Source: Pontibacter sp. G13
GTDB taxonomy: Bacteria > Bacteroidota > Bacteroidia > J057
Assembly: GCF_031851795.1 (NCBI RefSeq)
Contig: NZ_CP134696.1
Coordinates: forward strand, 1,295,576 to 1,359,575
Direction: 5' to 3'
Length of the DNA stretch: 64,000 nucleotides
Below the pieces are notes generated by a model, which saw nothing but the letters and a program-made list of their open reading frames with translations, ran no database searches and had not been told where the DNA came from. The stretch's first letter is position 1; every line of letters starts with the position of its first letter. Position numbers and translations under genes: made by a program. Below, piece by piece: positions 28,001 to 37,219 of this stretch.

Positions 28001-30076
28001 ACGCGCATAGATGGTGGAAATGTGGTCAATGATCTGGGTGGTCTGGGTGGCATCGGCAATCTTGAGGTTGCTGACGATATCGATCAGCAATTCAAGCTCC
28101 TTCCCTACCCCATCCATTCGCTCCTGAAGCTCGTCGGCCTCTGTCACTTTGGCCACGGACTCGATGGAAGCTATCAACTCATCTACCCGAACGCCATAGG
28201 GCTCCAACGCCTTGGGGTCCACCAAGAATTGAACGCACTGTTCGGAGATTTTGGCACTTCTCTCCTCGACAGACTGATCGAGCTGTTCGACCAAATCGAG
28301 GTCTACATATCGAAGTTCGCGCAAGGAGATGATCTCGCCCCGCAAAGTGCGCAGATCTGCTAGATACTGGACAAATTGATCTACTTGTTGGGGTTTGTAT
28401 CTCCTGATCCGGTCTAGGGTATCCTGAACGCGCTCGGATACCGCATCCATCTCAGCCTTGGTATTGGCACGAATGCGGGTCACCTTCTCAAATTCATCAA
28501 TCGCCGAATTGGCTGCATCGCGAATTTGAGCCAAAGGTTCGGACAGATTCTGCGCTTCCTGATGATTGATCCAGTAGTAACTATCCAGAATATCGCCAGA
28601 TTTGCGCACCAGATCCACGTACAGCCCGTGATAGCTATCCTCTTTGTTGAGAAGCGTCAACAGTTCGTTGCACTCTCCTATACCCCGCACCAAATCCTTG
28701 TTTCCGACCTTGTATAGCCAAGTATCGGAATGTTCGGAGCTTCCTAGCTGGTTTTCCGTGTAGGGCGTCTGCCAGACTTGTACCAGGTGATGTCTGCCGG
28801 GCGTATCCTCCGAGCGGAAGTAGCTCAGTTCGCCATTGGGAAAAATGGAATAACCATTACAGACGATCGGAGTGGCTACCCGTTGCTCCACGAGATTGTA
28901 GTTGAGCAACACATAGGTGCCAGATGCCGGATCGGTGAAGATGTAGAGAAAATCCTCGCCATTAGGAGCCGCAATCCGCTTTTCGAAGTGCAATCCTGTG
29001 CCCTCCAAGGTCTCGAAAAGCTGAAATTCTCCGGTCTGGAGGTAATAGCCGTTGGCAAAAATCACCCCCTGATCGTCGGGCAACAGCACACAGCTATGCT
29101 CAATGGAGTCCACACGACGCACCTCCTGAGCTTTTTCATTGAACAGAAAATACCGGGAATCCTTTTCCTGATAGGGTTTAATCCTTAGTGCGATGAGGTT
29201 ACCGAGGTCTGCGAATGCGTATTCTGCGTCATCCAGCGTCTGCGCAGGATCATCCACCGGTTCGGCGTAGATTCCGTGTCCAGAATCGGTATTGTCCTCC
29301 ACCTTGATGGTCAAGTCGCCTCCTACGGTTTCGACGAACACTCGGTCCTGAATACTCACATGCGGGTGGCTCCCACGCCGATGCATATCCCTATTGGAAC
29401 GTTGCCATTGGAACTGATGCTGAGCAGGAAAGACCAATTCATGATCAAAGCGATTGCCTAGATACATCAGGCCCTCATCTTTGATGGCCCATTTGAAGGT
29501 CTTGACATCGTTGTGGCTTTTGCCCACCTGAAACACCATGAACAAATGGGGGCCGATCACTGCGAATCGCGAGAAAACTGTGTGCTTGTAGTATTTGTAG
29601 AGGTTGGTGAAATCCTCCTGAAAGCGCTCGTCTGAAAGTAGATCTAAATTTTTGGCATGGAAGCTATGATCAGCGGATTCGAAGCGGTAGGCTGCGAATA
29701 CATCCGAAAGCTTGACTTCTGTCCGTAGGCCCATGTGGACATTGTAGCCAAACAGGAAATGGTGTCCCAATGCCACCATATCCCTGGAAATGCAATTGTG
29801 CTCGGTGGTAATCCGGTCATTGGCGATGAGGGTCGTGTCCACCGCCCCGAAGATGACCTTCCGCTGCTGGTTGAGTGCATCCATCCTTCCGCGAAGATCC
29901 TGGGCTTGGGTCTTGAGTCGCTGGAGGATGATTTCATATGTGCCTCCTTCGAGGGAGGTAGGTTGTGTCGACATAGTATGGGAGTTTGCCAAGTCACGAT
30001 AACGAACCGAAACAGACAACATGCGGTGAAAATCCCGCCCATACCCAACGGGGGGCAGGGCGGTTGCTGGTATCAA
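25100..30076 (-). CDS. Giant (1,658 aa) multidomain protein with a C-terminal MoxR-like AAA+ ATPase module. The N-terminal region is beta-rich and the middle is a long coiled-coil/alpha-helical region
   Basis: Walker A LLLISPPGYGKTT. Walker B IMLYLDDIQHCHP. Sensor-1 KVAVVMAGNPYTE (the xxxNP pattern typical of the MoxR/AAA-5 clade). Residues ~500-900 are heptad-rich and E/L/R/Q-biased. One uninterrupted ORF ends 28 nt from the upstream lipoprotein gene. Confidence 0.75.
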   Translation of the reverse strand: MIPATALPPVGYGRDFHRMLSVSVRYRDLANSHTMSTQPTSLEGGTYEIILQRLKTQAQDLRGRMDALNQQRKVIFGAVDTTLIANDRITTEHNCISRDMVALGHHFLFGYNVHMGLRTEVKLSDVFAAYRFESADHSFHAKNLDLLSDERFQEDFTNLYKYYKHTVFSRFAVIGPHLFMVFQVGKSHNDVKTFKWAIKDEGLMYLGNRFDHELVFPAQHQFQWQRSNRDMHRRGSHPHVSIQDRVFVETVGGDLTIKVEDNTDSGHGIYAEPVDDPAQTLDDAEYAFADLGNLIALRIKPYQEKDSRYFLFNEKAQEVRRVDSIEHSCVLLPDDQGVIFANGYYLQTGEFQLFETLEGTGLHFEKRIAAPNGEDFLYIFTDPASGTYVLLNYNLVEQRVATPIVCNGYSIFPNGELSYFRSEDTPGRHHLVQVWQTPYTENQLGSSEHSDTWLYKVGNKDLVRGIGECNELLTLLNKEDSYHGLYVDLVRKSGDILDSYYWINHQEAQNLSEPLAQIRDAANSAIDEFEKVTRIRANTKAEMDAVSERVQDTLDRIRRYKPQQVDQFVQYLADLRTLRGEIISLRELRYVDLDLVEQLDQSVEERSAKISEQCVQFLVDPKALEPYGVRVDELIASIESVAKVTEADELQERMDGVGKELELLIDIVSNLKIADATQTTQIIDHISTIYARLNGLRGALKQRRQEMQGMEAEAEFGAQIRLLGQSIINYLDLCDSPQKCEEYLTKLMVQVEELEGKFAEYDHFLQQIGEKREELYQAFESRRLSLVEARNRRTDNLQRAAERILKGIGTRLAKFEEAQEINAYFASDLMVNKVRDIIESLEELEDSVKAGDIQSRLKTLREDAVRQLKDRKELFVGGENVLQFGRHHFSVNVQPLELSIVPRGDGMYFHLSGTNFFEEITDAEFRQTQTVWNMSLPSENLEVYRAEFLAYQMLQADLTWPENDHEEEWLQLVKEFSATRFEEGYIKGVHDLDAAKLVRHLVDIRSRVGGLRYSPEVRTCAKFYWERFVEEHQRTFWERQIQTAGLIVQMFPDTHEFDGLIESIAVDMLGQDPLMGLFPESIIPEASEYLFRTLALELPFGISGEAAEVYEQFAAHLKKQRLATKFRHSLELLQAHPEAQFTLVRQGLRAWAESVKLGDHHRLFESEAALLVLLDDFDGKRVKHVELFREITGMVGEHGCIKAGTYLLDYHDLMERVGKFERETLPMYQTFRERKQTLTDEFRETLRLDEFKPRVMSAFVRNQLIDKLYLPIIGDNLAKQIGTVGEQTRTDRMGMLLLISPPGYGKTTLMEYVANRLGLIFMKVNGPAIGHQVTSLDPSEAPNAAAREELAKLNLALEMGDNIMLYLDDIQHCHPEFLQKFISLCDAQRKIEGVYKGKTRTYDLRGKKVAVVMAGNPYTESGEKFQIPDMLANRADTYNLGDIIGDQADVFKLSYIENALTSNPILSRLTTKPHQDILTLVKIAETGQREGLDFESNLTSEEISESVNVLQKLFVVRDAILNVNQAYIESASQQDEYRVEPRFQLQGSYRNMNRLAEKVMPIMNDEEVRKLVLAHYEQESQTLTAGAEANLLKFKQMNDYASEGDEARWADICEMFRKQKELTGDRLGQLVREMGQFSEGLKGIQAALESRSNGSHSS

Positions 30077-30103
30077 CAGCTGGGTTACTCTTGGGGGAAT
30101 CCC

Positions 30104-30784
30104 CTAGGATTGGGAAGTATCTTGATTCATCCGGGCCCGGATTGCGGAACGGAGCGCTTCGAGGTCTTTGGCTTTCATCAAAGCAGGGTGCTTGACCAGT
30201 TCCAAGGTCTCGCTTCCATACCAGATGACGACATTCCCCAAAATAGGCGACCAATACTTGTGGTGGCCGGGCTTGGGATCTCCCAAGTGGGCGAATCCGA
30301 GAATCCGATAGATTTCCATCGAATCGGTATCCACTGGAAGCGTCATCTTGCGGTCGATCTGAACCTCGTAGGGATCAGCCAACACCATGAATGCCGTGTC
30401 TGGCGTGACCTTGAATTGGTAGTCAATGGCTTCTTGACGATTTTCGAAGTCTGTGAGGTCCAGCTTCAATTCCTGGACATAGTACTCAGTGCCACCGGAC
30501 TGATCTCGGTAGACATTGTAGACTTCCGTCATCCTCACTCGGCCATCCGAAAGGGTGTCCATCATGACCCACCCTTTTTCAGAACGACCGGCTCCATCAG
30601 CTCTGACCTCCAGTAGATGAACGGGTTTCTGCGACTCCACCCAATTGACGATTTCAGCCATGTGGCTATCCATCGGGGATTTTGGATGGGTGAGTTGGGG
30701 CGGAAGACGATGGGATGTATGGGTACAAGCCACGAGGGTCGTCAGCCATATCATCATGATTCCAAGTTCGATCTTCCTGTTCAT
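30104..30784 (-). CDS. Lipoprotein of unknown function
   Basis: Lipobox TTLVAC at the N-terminus after a hydrophobic segment. 226 aa. Positioned between the flotillin gene and the giant ATPase gene on the same strand. Confidence 0.55.
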   Translation of the reverse strand: MNRKIELGIMMIWLTTLVACTHTSHRLPPQLTHPKSPMDSHMAEIVNWVESQKPVHLLEVRADGAGRSEKGWVMMDTLSDGRVRMTEVYNVYRDQSGGTEYYVQELKLDLTDFENRQEAIDYQFKVTPDTAFMVLADPYEVQIDRKMTLPVDTDSMEIYRILGFAHLGDPKPGHHKYWSPILGNVVIWYGSETLELVKHPALMKAKDLEALRSAIRARMNQDTSQS

Positions 30785-30908
30785 CTAGCGGTCATTTGAG
30801 CTTTTCAGCCACAATATACGCATCCATTCTGGGCCAAGCGCATTTCGTTCCCGATTGGATCAAGGGGATTCCCCATCCGTCCATACGGACAGGGAATCGT
30901 AATTCTTC

Positions 30909-33092
30909 CTAGTTCAAGCCAATGCTCTCAGCCTTTTGATGGTCGATACCCATCGTTTTGGCGGTATTGAGCAGATTGGTCAATAGATTGAGCTGACTAG
31001 AATCCTCAGTCTGATTCATCATCTTCATGATGAGTGCAGAGATGGTCAAGTTCTTGACATCTGCGCTATCGAGTCCGAATTGTCCGACAAACCCCTTGAG
31101 CGCTTTGCCCAATCCGAGGTTGCCATTGGATTCACCATTGCCGAGGAGAGACTGCTTGAGGTCCACCAAGTGCTGGCTGTCCATGATTCGGTCCACATAC
31201 TTGCTGTTGGAGACAGCGTTGGTGATACGGTCGAAGAATTCTTGCTCTCCACCCACGATATCGATGTTGGCAGCTTTGAGGGCTTCGGCCAAGACTTGCG
31301 CTTGTGCCGCGGCGATCTCGCGCTGGATTTCGATCCGTGCCAATTCGATGGCTGTTTCCTTCTCCAATCGAAGCTTGAACTCTTCGTGCTCCTTGCCTAC
31401 GCCATCCAATTTCTGCATGGCTTCTGCCTTGGCGGCTACGCCCTTGGCATCCGCAATGCCTCTTTCCTCGATGACTTTGGCTTCGGCGACTCCCATCTTT
31501 TCGGTGGCGGCAGCCTTGGCTTCGAGCACTTGTGCTTCTGCAAGCCCTTTCTCGACATTCAATTTGGCATCCACCATACCGATCTTCTCGTTGGCATCCG
31601 CTTGAGCGTCTCCCTTGAGTTCGATTCCTTTGGCTTCGGCAATTGCCTGCTGCTCGAGGACATTGGCTTCAGCCTGACCTTCCTTCTCACGCGCTGAGGC
31701 TTTGGCTTCCAAGACACGTGCTTCAGCCAAACCGATGGCTGCATGCTCTTCTGCTGTAGCGTCCGCCATGATCTTCTTGGCTTCGGCTTCCTTGTCGATG
31801 GACTCGCGAAGGGCGTTGGCCTGAATCACACGGGTCTGGGCCTCGAGTTGAGAAGCTTCCTTCTCTGCTTCGGCACCTTTGATGCGCTCGACCAATTGCT
31901 CTTGTGCACGCTTTTCAGCTTCGAGGATGGCCACTTGCTTGAGACGCTCAGCCTCTGCAATCGCCTCTGTATCCTTGATTCGCTCCTGCTCCTCGACCAC
32001 TTCGCGCTCTACCGCAACGCGATCCCGGATCACATCCTGAATCTGCTTGCGCTCTTCTTCGAGTGCTTTTTCCTTTTCGATGTTGGCCAATGAGACAATG
32101 CGATCACGCTCTACAGCTTCTAGATCACGCTCACGGACCACTTTCTCCTGCTCTACCGCTTCGGTGCGCTCCTTATTCTTTTTGGCGACGATGATGTCGC
32201 GCATCTTGTTCTCCTCCTCGATCATGATTTGACGCTCTCGCTCAATGCGAGCAGCATCTGCCTTGAGGCGTTCTTCCTCCTGAACCTTTTGGGTTTCGGC
32301 AGTTTCTCGGGCTTTGATAGAGGCAATTTCACGCTTCTGGACCTCGGACTTCTCAGCCAGCTGCTTTTCCAATTCGAGGAATGCTTCCGCTTTTTCGGTG
32401 TCTTGACGCTTGATCTCCTTCTCACGTTCGCGCTGAACCTTGTTGGCAGCGGTGATCTGATCAGCAGTCAGCTCGCGAATTTTCTTGATACCAACGGCAT
32501 CCAAGATGTTGTTTTCGTCGAGGTATTCAACCGGGGTCTGCTCCAAGTAATCAATCGCTGCATCATCGAGGGAATACCCATTCAGATCTTTACCGATGAC
32601 TTGGATAATCTCCTTCTTGAGTTCGTCCCGAGAGTTGTAGAGGTCGATGAAGTCAAATCGTTTACCGACCGACTTGAGGGCCTCTGAGAATTTGGCTTCA
32701 AACAAGACGCGAAGCTGATCCGGGTCCGAAGCACGGGTACACCCAATGGTGGATGCCACGCGGAGAATGTCATTTTCTTCGGGGCTCACCCTTACGAAGA
32801 AGGCCACCTTGATGTCTGCACGCAAATTGTCCTTACAGATCAAGCCATCTTTTCCTTCACGGGTAATGACGACTTGCTTGAGGGAAATATCCATCATTTC
32901 CAACTTGTGGAACAATGGTACAACCCACATGCTTTTGCCTGTGCTGACTCTAGGCTTTCCTTGGCCAGTCTTGACCAATGCCTTTCCTTGGCTTACTTTT
33001 TTCAGAAACAGGGAGATTGCGAATAGGTAGCCTACGCCTATCACAACCAAGGCTCCGAGTAATACATACCCGACCATGACGAATGTATCCAT
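30909..33092 (-). CDS. Flotillin-like SPFH (band-7) domain protein with a long C-terminal E/A/K-rich coiled coil (YqiK-like)
   Basis: N-terminal TM helix. SPFH domain (VVPLFHKLEMMDISLKQVVITREGKDGLICKDNLRADIKVAFFVRV). This is followed by ~400 aa of EA-rich heptad repeats (AEAKVIEERGIADAKGV...). 727 aa. Confidence 0.85.
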   Translation of the reverse strand: MDTFVMVGYVLLGALVVIGVGYLFAISLFLKKVSQGKALVKTGQGKPRVSTGKSMWVVPLFHKLEMMDISLKQVVITREGKDGLICKDNLRADIKVAFFVRVSPEENDILRVASTIGCTRASDPDQLRVLFEAKFSEALKSVGKRFDFIDLYNSRDELKKEIIQVIGKDLNGYSLDDAAIDYLEQTPVEYLDENNILDAVGIKKIRELTADQITAANKVQREREKEIKRQDTEKAEAFLELEKQLAEKSEVQKREIASIKARETAETQKVQEEERLKADAARIERERQIMIEEENKMRDIIVAKKNKERTEAVEQEKVVRERDLEAVERDRIVSLANIEKEKALEEERKQIQDVIRDRVAVEREVVEEQERIKDTEAIAEAERLKQVAILEAEKRAQEQLVERIKGAEAEKEASQLEAQTRVIQANALRESIDKEAEAKKIMADATAEEHAAIGLAEARVLEAKASAREKEGQAEANVLEQQAIAEAKGIELKGDAQADANEKIGMVDAKLNVEKGLAEAQVLEAKAAATEKMGVAEAKVIEERGIADAKGVAAKAEAMQKLDGVGKEHEEFKLRLEKETAIELARIEIQREIAAAQAQVLAEALKAANIDIVGGEQEFFDRITNAVSNSKYVDRIMDSQHLVDLKQSLLGNGESNGNLGLGKALKGFVGQFGLDSADVKNLTISALIMKMMNQTEDSSQLNLLTNLLNTAKTMGIDHQKAESIGLN

Positions 33093-33177
33093 GGGTGGTT
33101 TTCTTAGTTAGTTTGCTGGAATAAATAACGAATCGAGATGTGCTGTAGGATTGTGTTTCAATGGTGGCGCCGCAGGG

Positions 33178-33846
33178 TCAGACCTCAAACTTGGTGATCA
33201 GAAATTGCTCTGAACCGGGCTGATACTCGACCAGCAGGGCCTTGTCGCCTTTGCGGAGGGAATCCGAATCTTTGGAATAGACATGGAGCAGGAAAAATTC
33301 TCCCTCCACTTCCAATTCCGCCTGTCCGGGGCTGTCAGGATCCACCTGAACCGTGATTTCGCAGATTTTCCCCACCAGTTCCCGCTTTGTGAGTGATCTG
33401 GAATCCAGTTTCTTGTGGAGATTCCCCAATGGCCATGTGGCAAATTTGGTGATGAACAATGATCCGACAAAGTTAGCCGTAAGCCATCCCGCCTGTGCCC
33501 ATCCCGTAGGGCCAATCAGTTGATGGATCGCTATGGCAATTCCCCACAAACTCATGGAGAGAATGCTCAAAAACAGCATGAAGGGTACTTTGCCGATATT
33601 GAAAAAGGTCAAGACCTCCATCCATACAGGCGCTCCCGCACCTATTTCCACATCGGTGTCTGCATCCACATCGACGTCTACGTCGACATCCACGTCCAAA
33701 TCGGCATCGATATCCAGATCGAAATCCAGCATATCCATGTCAATGGCTCCGAGGATCACGGTCACCCAATACATCAGCATCAGGCCCAAAAATCCCGTGA
33801 AGAACACGATGGAAGGAGAGATGATCAAATCCAGAAAATCGCGCAT
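33178..33846 (-). CDS. NfeD-like / YqiJ-like inner-membrane protein (flotillin-associated OB-fold protein)
   Basis: Two N-terminal TM helices. An acidic (DV/DI) low-complexity stretch. A C-terminal soluble domain that looks OB-fold-like (ELVGKICEITVQVDPDSPGQAELEVEGEFFLLHVYS). It lies immediately upstream of the flotillin gene, as in yqiJ-yqiK. Confidence 0.65.
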   Translation of the reverse strand: MRDFLDLIISPSIVFFTGFLGLMLMYWVTVILGAIDMDMLDFDLDIDADLDVDVDVDVDVDADTDVEIGAGAPVWMEVLTFFNIGKVPFMLFLSILSMSLWGIAIAIHQLIGPTGWAQAGWLTANFVGSLFITKFATWPLGNLHKKLDSRSLTKRELVGKICEITVQVDPDSPGQAELEVEGEFFLLHVYSKDSDSLRKGDKALLVEYQPGSEQFLITKFEV

Positions 33847-34238
33847 GAATTCAGGGTGTTAGATTTGGCGGCAGAATATACCAAAATTAATATTTTCTGA
33901 ACACCAAAAAATTGAGATTCACCCCCAATTGGGAAATTTCCAACAGATGATCGCCTCATCTACGGCTATTTCCACGACATTCCGGAACTGTCTTGGGTGT
34001 GGGAAGCTGGTGCATAAGTGTGAATGATTTCAGCATCACCGTAACCGAACTTCCCTCATTCGTACGGGAGACATTTGACAATGGTTTTGAAAAATTGAAT
34101 ATATCGAATACGATTTATTACAAATAAATAAACTTATCTAAATCGTGAGAAACGCCCCATGCATAAAGGATGGGCAAGTCCCTACGGGGTTGGAAAAAGT
34201 GATCCAAAATCCCGTAGGAACTCTCTTTCAGTCGATTT

Positions 34239-35426
34239 TTACTCGATCGATTTGGCCACTCGGAATCCGATGGCATCCGAACGGTTGGAGGGGCTAGATT
34301 TTTCACGAAAGGTCACCCGAGCATAGTTGGGCTTATTGTACCAGCTCCCGCCCCGCATCACACGCTCTGGTCCATCGGTTGCTCCTTTCGGATCATAGGT
34401 AGGACTCTTCTGATAGTAATGGCTATCGTACCAATCGGCGCACCATTCCCAGACATTGCCTGTGAGATCATACAATCCGAGCGCATTGGGCGGAAAGCTT
34501 CCTACAGGTGCAGTAAATACATGCCCATCATCAAATCCTTGAAATATCTGCCAGTCATCAAACTTGCGCTTGGCCGTTTCATCGGCGACATTTCCCCCAT
34601 CTTTGCCAGCAGGCATGCCCGTTCCCCATGCATATTCCAATCGTTTGCCCCGATTTCGGGCTGCATACTCCCATTCCGCTTCGGTAGGCAATCGGTAAGA
34701 TTCCCCAGAAGCACGACTGAGCCATCTGCAATAGGCCACAGCATCGTTCCAAGAGACGTGGATGACGGGATGGTGATATTCGGATTTCGGACGGGGATTG
34801 CCCTGCGAATCGTGCTTCCAGTTGACTGCCTCCTTGAGTTCCCATTCACCCGATTCTCGACAGACATGGCTTCCTCCGCCTCGATCGGCGTCAGTGAGAT
34901 ACCCTGAAACCTGAACGAATTCGGCAAATTGTCCTACGGTGACTTCATACCGCCCCATCATGAATGGCTCCACATGCACCTGATGCACTTGGTGATCGGT
35001 CCCAAATTTCTTTTGCTCTCCCATCCAATAGCTTCCCCCCTTCACAGCGGCCATTTCCCCTGCGGGTTGTTGACGATTGAAAGCAAATGGAGCTTCTTGT
35101 TCTCGCATGTACAGCTCAAGCAAGTGCTGTCTTCCTTTCTTCACATTCACTTCGTAGGTCTTGTCTGCCCATGCATTTCTGATCCTCAGGTGCGCGACCC
35201 CGCCTTTCACAGCATATTTGCGCAATTGCCTTGGGGCTTGATATCCCACGATTTTGCCATTGAGCTCTACCCACGCATAGGTATCGCACAACAACAGCAC
35301 AAACGTGTCTCCCTTGGGCGTAGGCGGACGCTTGGGGCGATTGTAGTCTTGGGATTTTTGGGCGTGTAGGACGCTACCGAATAAGAGAAACCAGGAGAGA
35401 CACAACGAGAAGATGATTCGATACAT
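34239..35426 (-). CDS. Formylglycine-generating-enzyme family protein (SUMF1/FGE-sulfatase domain)
   Basis: The C-terminal ~260 aa carry FGE-family motifs (GGSYWMGE, RGGSWYN, HVSW.DA.AYC.W). There is a signal peptide and an N-terminal ~120-aa extension. Confidence 0.75.
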   Translation of the reverse strand: MYRIIFSLCLSWFLLFGSVLHAQKSQDYNRPKRPPTPKGDTFVLLLCDTYAWVELNGKIVGYQAPRQLRKYAVKGGVAHLRIRNAWADKTYEVNVKKGRQHLLELYMREQEAPFAFNRQQPAGEMAAVKGGSYWMGEQKKFGTDHQVHQVHVEPFMMGRYEVTVGQFAEFVQVSGYLTDADRGGGSHVCRESGEWELKEAVNWKHDSQGNPRPKSEYHHPVIHVSWNDAVAYCRWLSRASGESYRLPTEAEWEYAARNRGKRLEYAWGTGMPAGKDGGNVADETAKRKFDDWQIFQGFDDGHVFTAPVGSFPPNALGLYDLTGNVWEWCADWYDSHYYQKSPTYDPKGATDGPERVMRGGSWYNKPNYARVTFREKSSPSNRSDAIGFRVAKSIE

Positions 35427-35661
35427 GCGATATTGGGCAGAGTGGAATCGGAGCTTGCTTGCTGGGAAGAATGAGCATTCCCATGCACTCGTTTCGATTT
35501 TGAGATATTGCGAATATACGTATCAGGACACCTCCTAGAAATCCTAAACTTCCGAGGAAATTACATCTCGATTTGTGAGGCATCCTACAGGGCCATAGAT
35601 AAAAGGGGATCACTTCCTTTTCAGAAATGATCCCCTAGCCTTGAGCAGCTATGATTAGCGG

Positions 35662-36432
35662 CTAGAATATATCGGCAAATTCGTAGAATCCGGTCTTGCC
35701 ATTCATCCATTCAGCCGCGACCACTGCTCCCAACGCGAAGCCGCGGCGGTTGAAGGCATTGTGCGAAATGCTGATGGTGTCTATATCGGAAGTGTATGTG
35801 ACGGTGTGCTTGCCCGGAATTTCCCCTGCGCGAATAAATCCAACAGACAACTCCTCTGGCTTGGGTGGACGAGTCCGCAGATCCGCATCAGAGACCGCGG
35901 TTTTGCGATCCAAATGATCGATGACTTGCTGAGCGAGAGAATGAGCCGTACCACTCGGTCCATCCGCCTTGTAGCGATGGTGCTGCTCCTCGATAAAGAC
36001 GTCGTAGTCGGAATAGCGATTCATGAGTTGAGCGAGCTGCTGATTGACCTTGAACAGGACATTGACCCCGATGGAGAAATTGGACCCAAACATGAATCCA
36101 GTTCCAGCTTCTGCTACCTCGGCTTTCACTTGCTCCATCTGATCATACCAACCAGTCGTCCCAGATACCACTGGAACGCCCAGTTTAAGCGTTTCTCGGA
36201 AGTTGGTAAAAAAACTATCTGGGTGGGTGAACTCGATGATCGCGTCGGTATTCTCGGGAGAAACCTTGGCCAAATCTGCTCGATTGTCCTGATCGATGAT
36301 GAAGGAAATGGTGTGGTCGCGTTTGATGGCTTCCTGCTCGATGGCCTTTCCCATACGGCCATAGCCCAACAAGGCAATTCTCATAACTCCGTGATTTTGG
36401 GCAAAGGTAAGTAAGTAGATGGACAAAAGCAT
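35662..36432 (-). CDS. dapB: 4-hydroxy-tetrahydrodipicolinate reductase
   Basis: MRIALLGYGRMGKAI Rossmann N-terminus and the conserved DapB core (FTHPDS...VVSGTTGW...FSIGV). Confidence 0.85.
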   Translation of the reverse strand: MLLSIYLLTFAQNHGVMRIALLGYGRMGKAIEQEAIKRDHTISFIIDQDNRADLAKVSPENTDAIIEFTHPDSFFTNFRETLKLGVPVVSGTTGWYDQMEQVKAEVAEAGTGFMFGSNFSIGVNVLFKVNQQLAQLMNRYSDYDVFIEEQHHRYKADGPSGTAHSLAQQVIDHLDRKTAVSDADLRTRPPKPEELSVGFIRAGEIPGKHTVTYTSDIDTISISHNAFNRRGFALGAVVAAEWMNGKTGFYEFADIF

Positions 36433-36606
36433 TGGGTCATTTTGCCTGAATGACTGCCCAGATTCGACCCCGGAATAGCAGTATTGGGATAGACGGGCTT
36501 CCGATACGACCGTTAGGACCTGGCAAGAAGAGGCGGGTTTAGGAAATCAATTCTCAACATCTTAGTCTCCCAAAGGCTTTGTCATAAGGAATTTCGAGCT
36601 CATGGT

Positions 36607-37215
36607 ATGATTGATTGGCTCTCAACCTTCATTATCTTCTTCTCAGTGATCGACCCAATTGGGACGGTTCCAGTTTTCATATCTGTCACCAGTGGCCGAG
36701 AACTCCGAGACAAAAGACGAATTGCTTTTCAGGCGGCGTGGGTTTCTGCCCTGGTCCTGTTGTTTTTCATCGTCTTGGGTGAATTGATTCTTGATGGGAT
36801 AGGGATTCCCATTTCAGCATTTCAAATCGCCGGAGGAATCGTTTTGTTCTTGTTTGCCTTGACCATGCTATTTGGGGAAAGCAAGCCAGACAAGGAGATC
36901 GGCCTTAAGCGGGATTCCAAGGAGGTGGCCATTTTCCCATTAGCAATGCCTTCGATTGCCAGTCCGGGATCGATGCTTGCAGCCGTCCTCCTCACCAAAA
37001 ATGCAGAGCACGAGCTTTGGGAGCAGGTTCAGATTGCGGGGTGCATGCTACTAGTGCTTGGGGTAACCTACGGAATGATGATGCTCGCCGCCCAGATCTA
37101 CCGGGTGATTGGCAGCGGGGGAGCGAGCATCCTGAGCCGGGTGATGGGGCTGATTTTGGCCTCGATCGCAGCGACCAATGTCTTGGAAGGAATCAAGGAA
37201 TATTTCCAGCTTTGA
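36607..37215 (+). CDS. MarC-family (UPF0056) integral membrane protein
   Basis: N-terminus FIIFFSVIDPIGTVPVFISVT is the conserved MarC signature. 6 TM helices. Confidence 0.8.
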   Translation: MIDWLSTFIIFFSVIDPIGTVPVFISVTSGRELRDKRRIAFQAAWVSALVLLFFIVLGELILDGIGIPISAFQIAGGIVLFLFALTMLFGESKPDKEIGLKRDSKEVAIFPLAMPSIASPGSMLAAVLLTKNAEHELWEQVQIAGCMLLVLGVTYGMMMLAAQIYRVIGSGGASILSRVMGLILASIAATNVLEGIKEYFQL

Positions 37216-37219
37216 GGGG

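Noticed and set aside
25352-30616. Several long + strand ORFs (25352..25945, 26717..27724, 27746..28363, 29735..30616)
   Set aside because: All are antisense to the uninterrupted 1,658-aa ATPase gene or the lipoprotein gene. They have no recognisable motifs and Leu/Phe/Ile/Asp-biased antisense composition.
31027-32687. + strand ORFs opposite the flotillin gene (31080..31697, 32229..32687, etc.)
   Set aside because: They are antisense reading of the EA-rich coiled-coil region, which gives Leu/Phe/Ser-rich artefactual ORFs.
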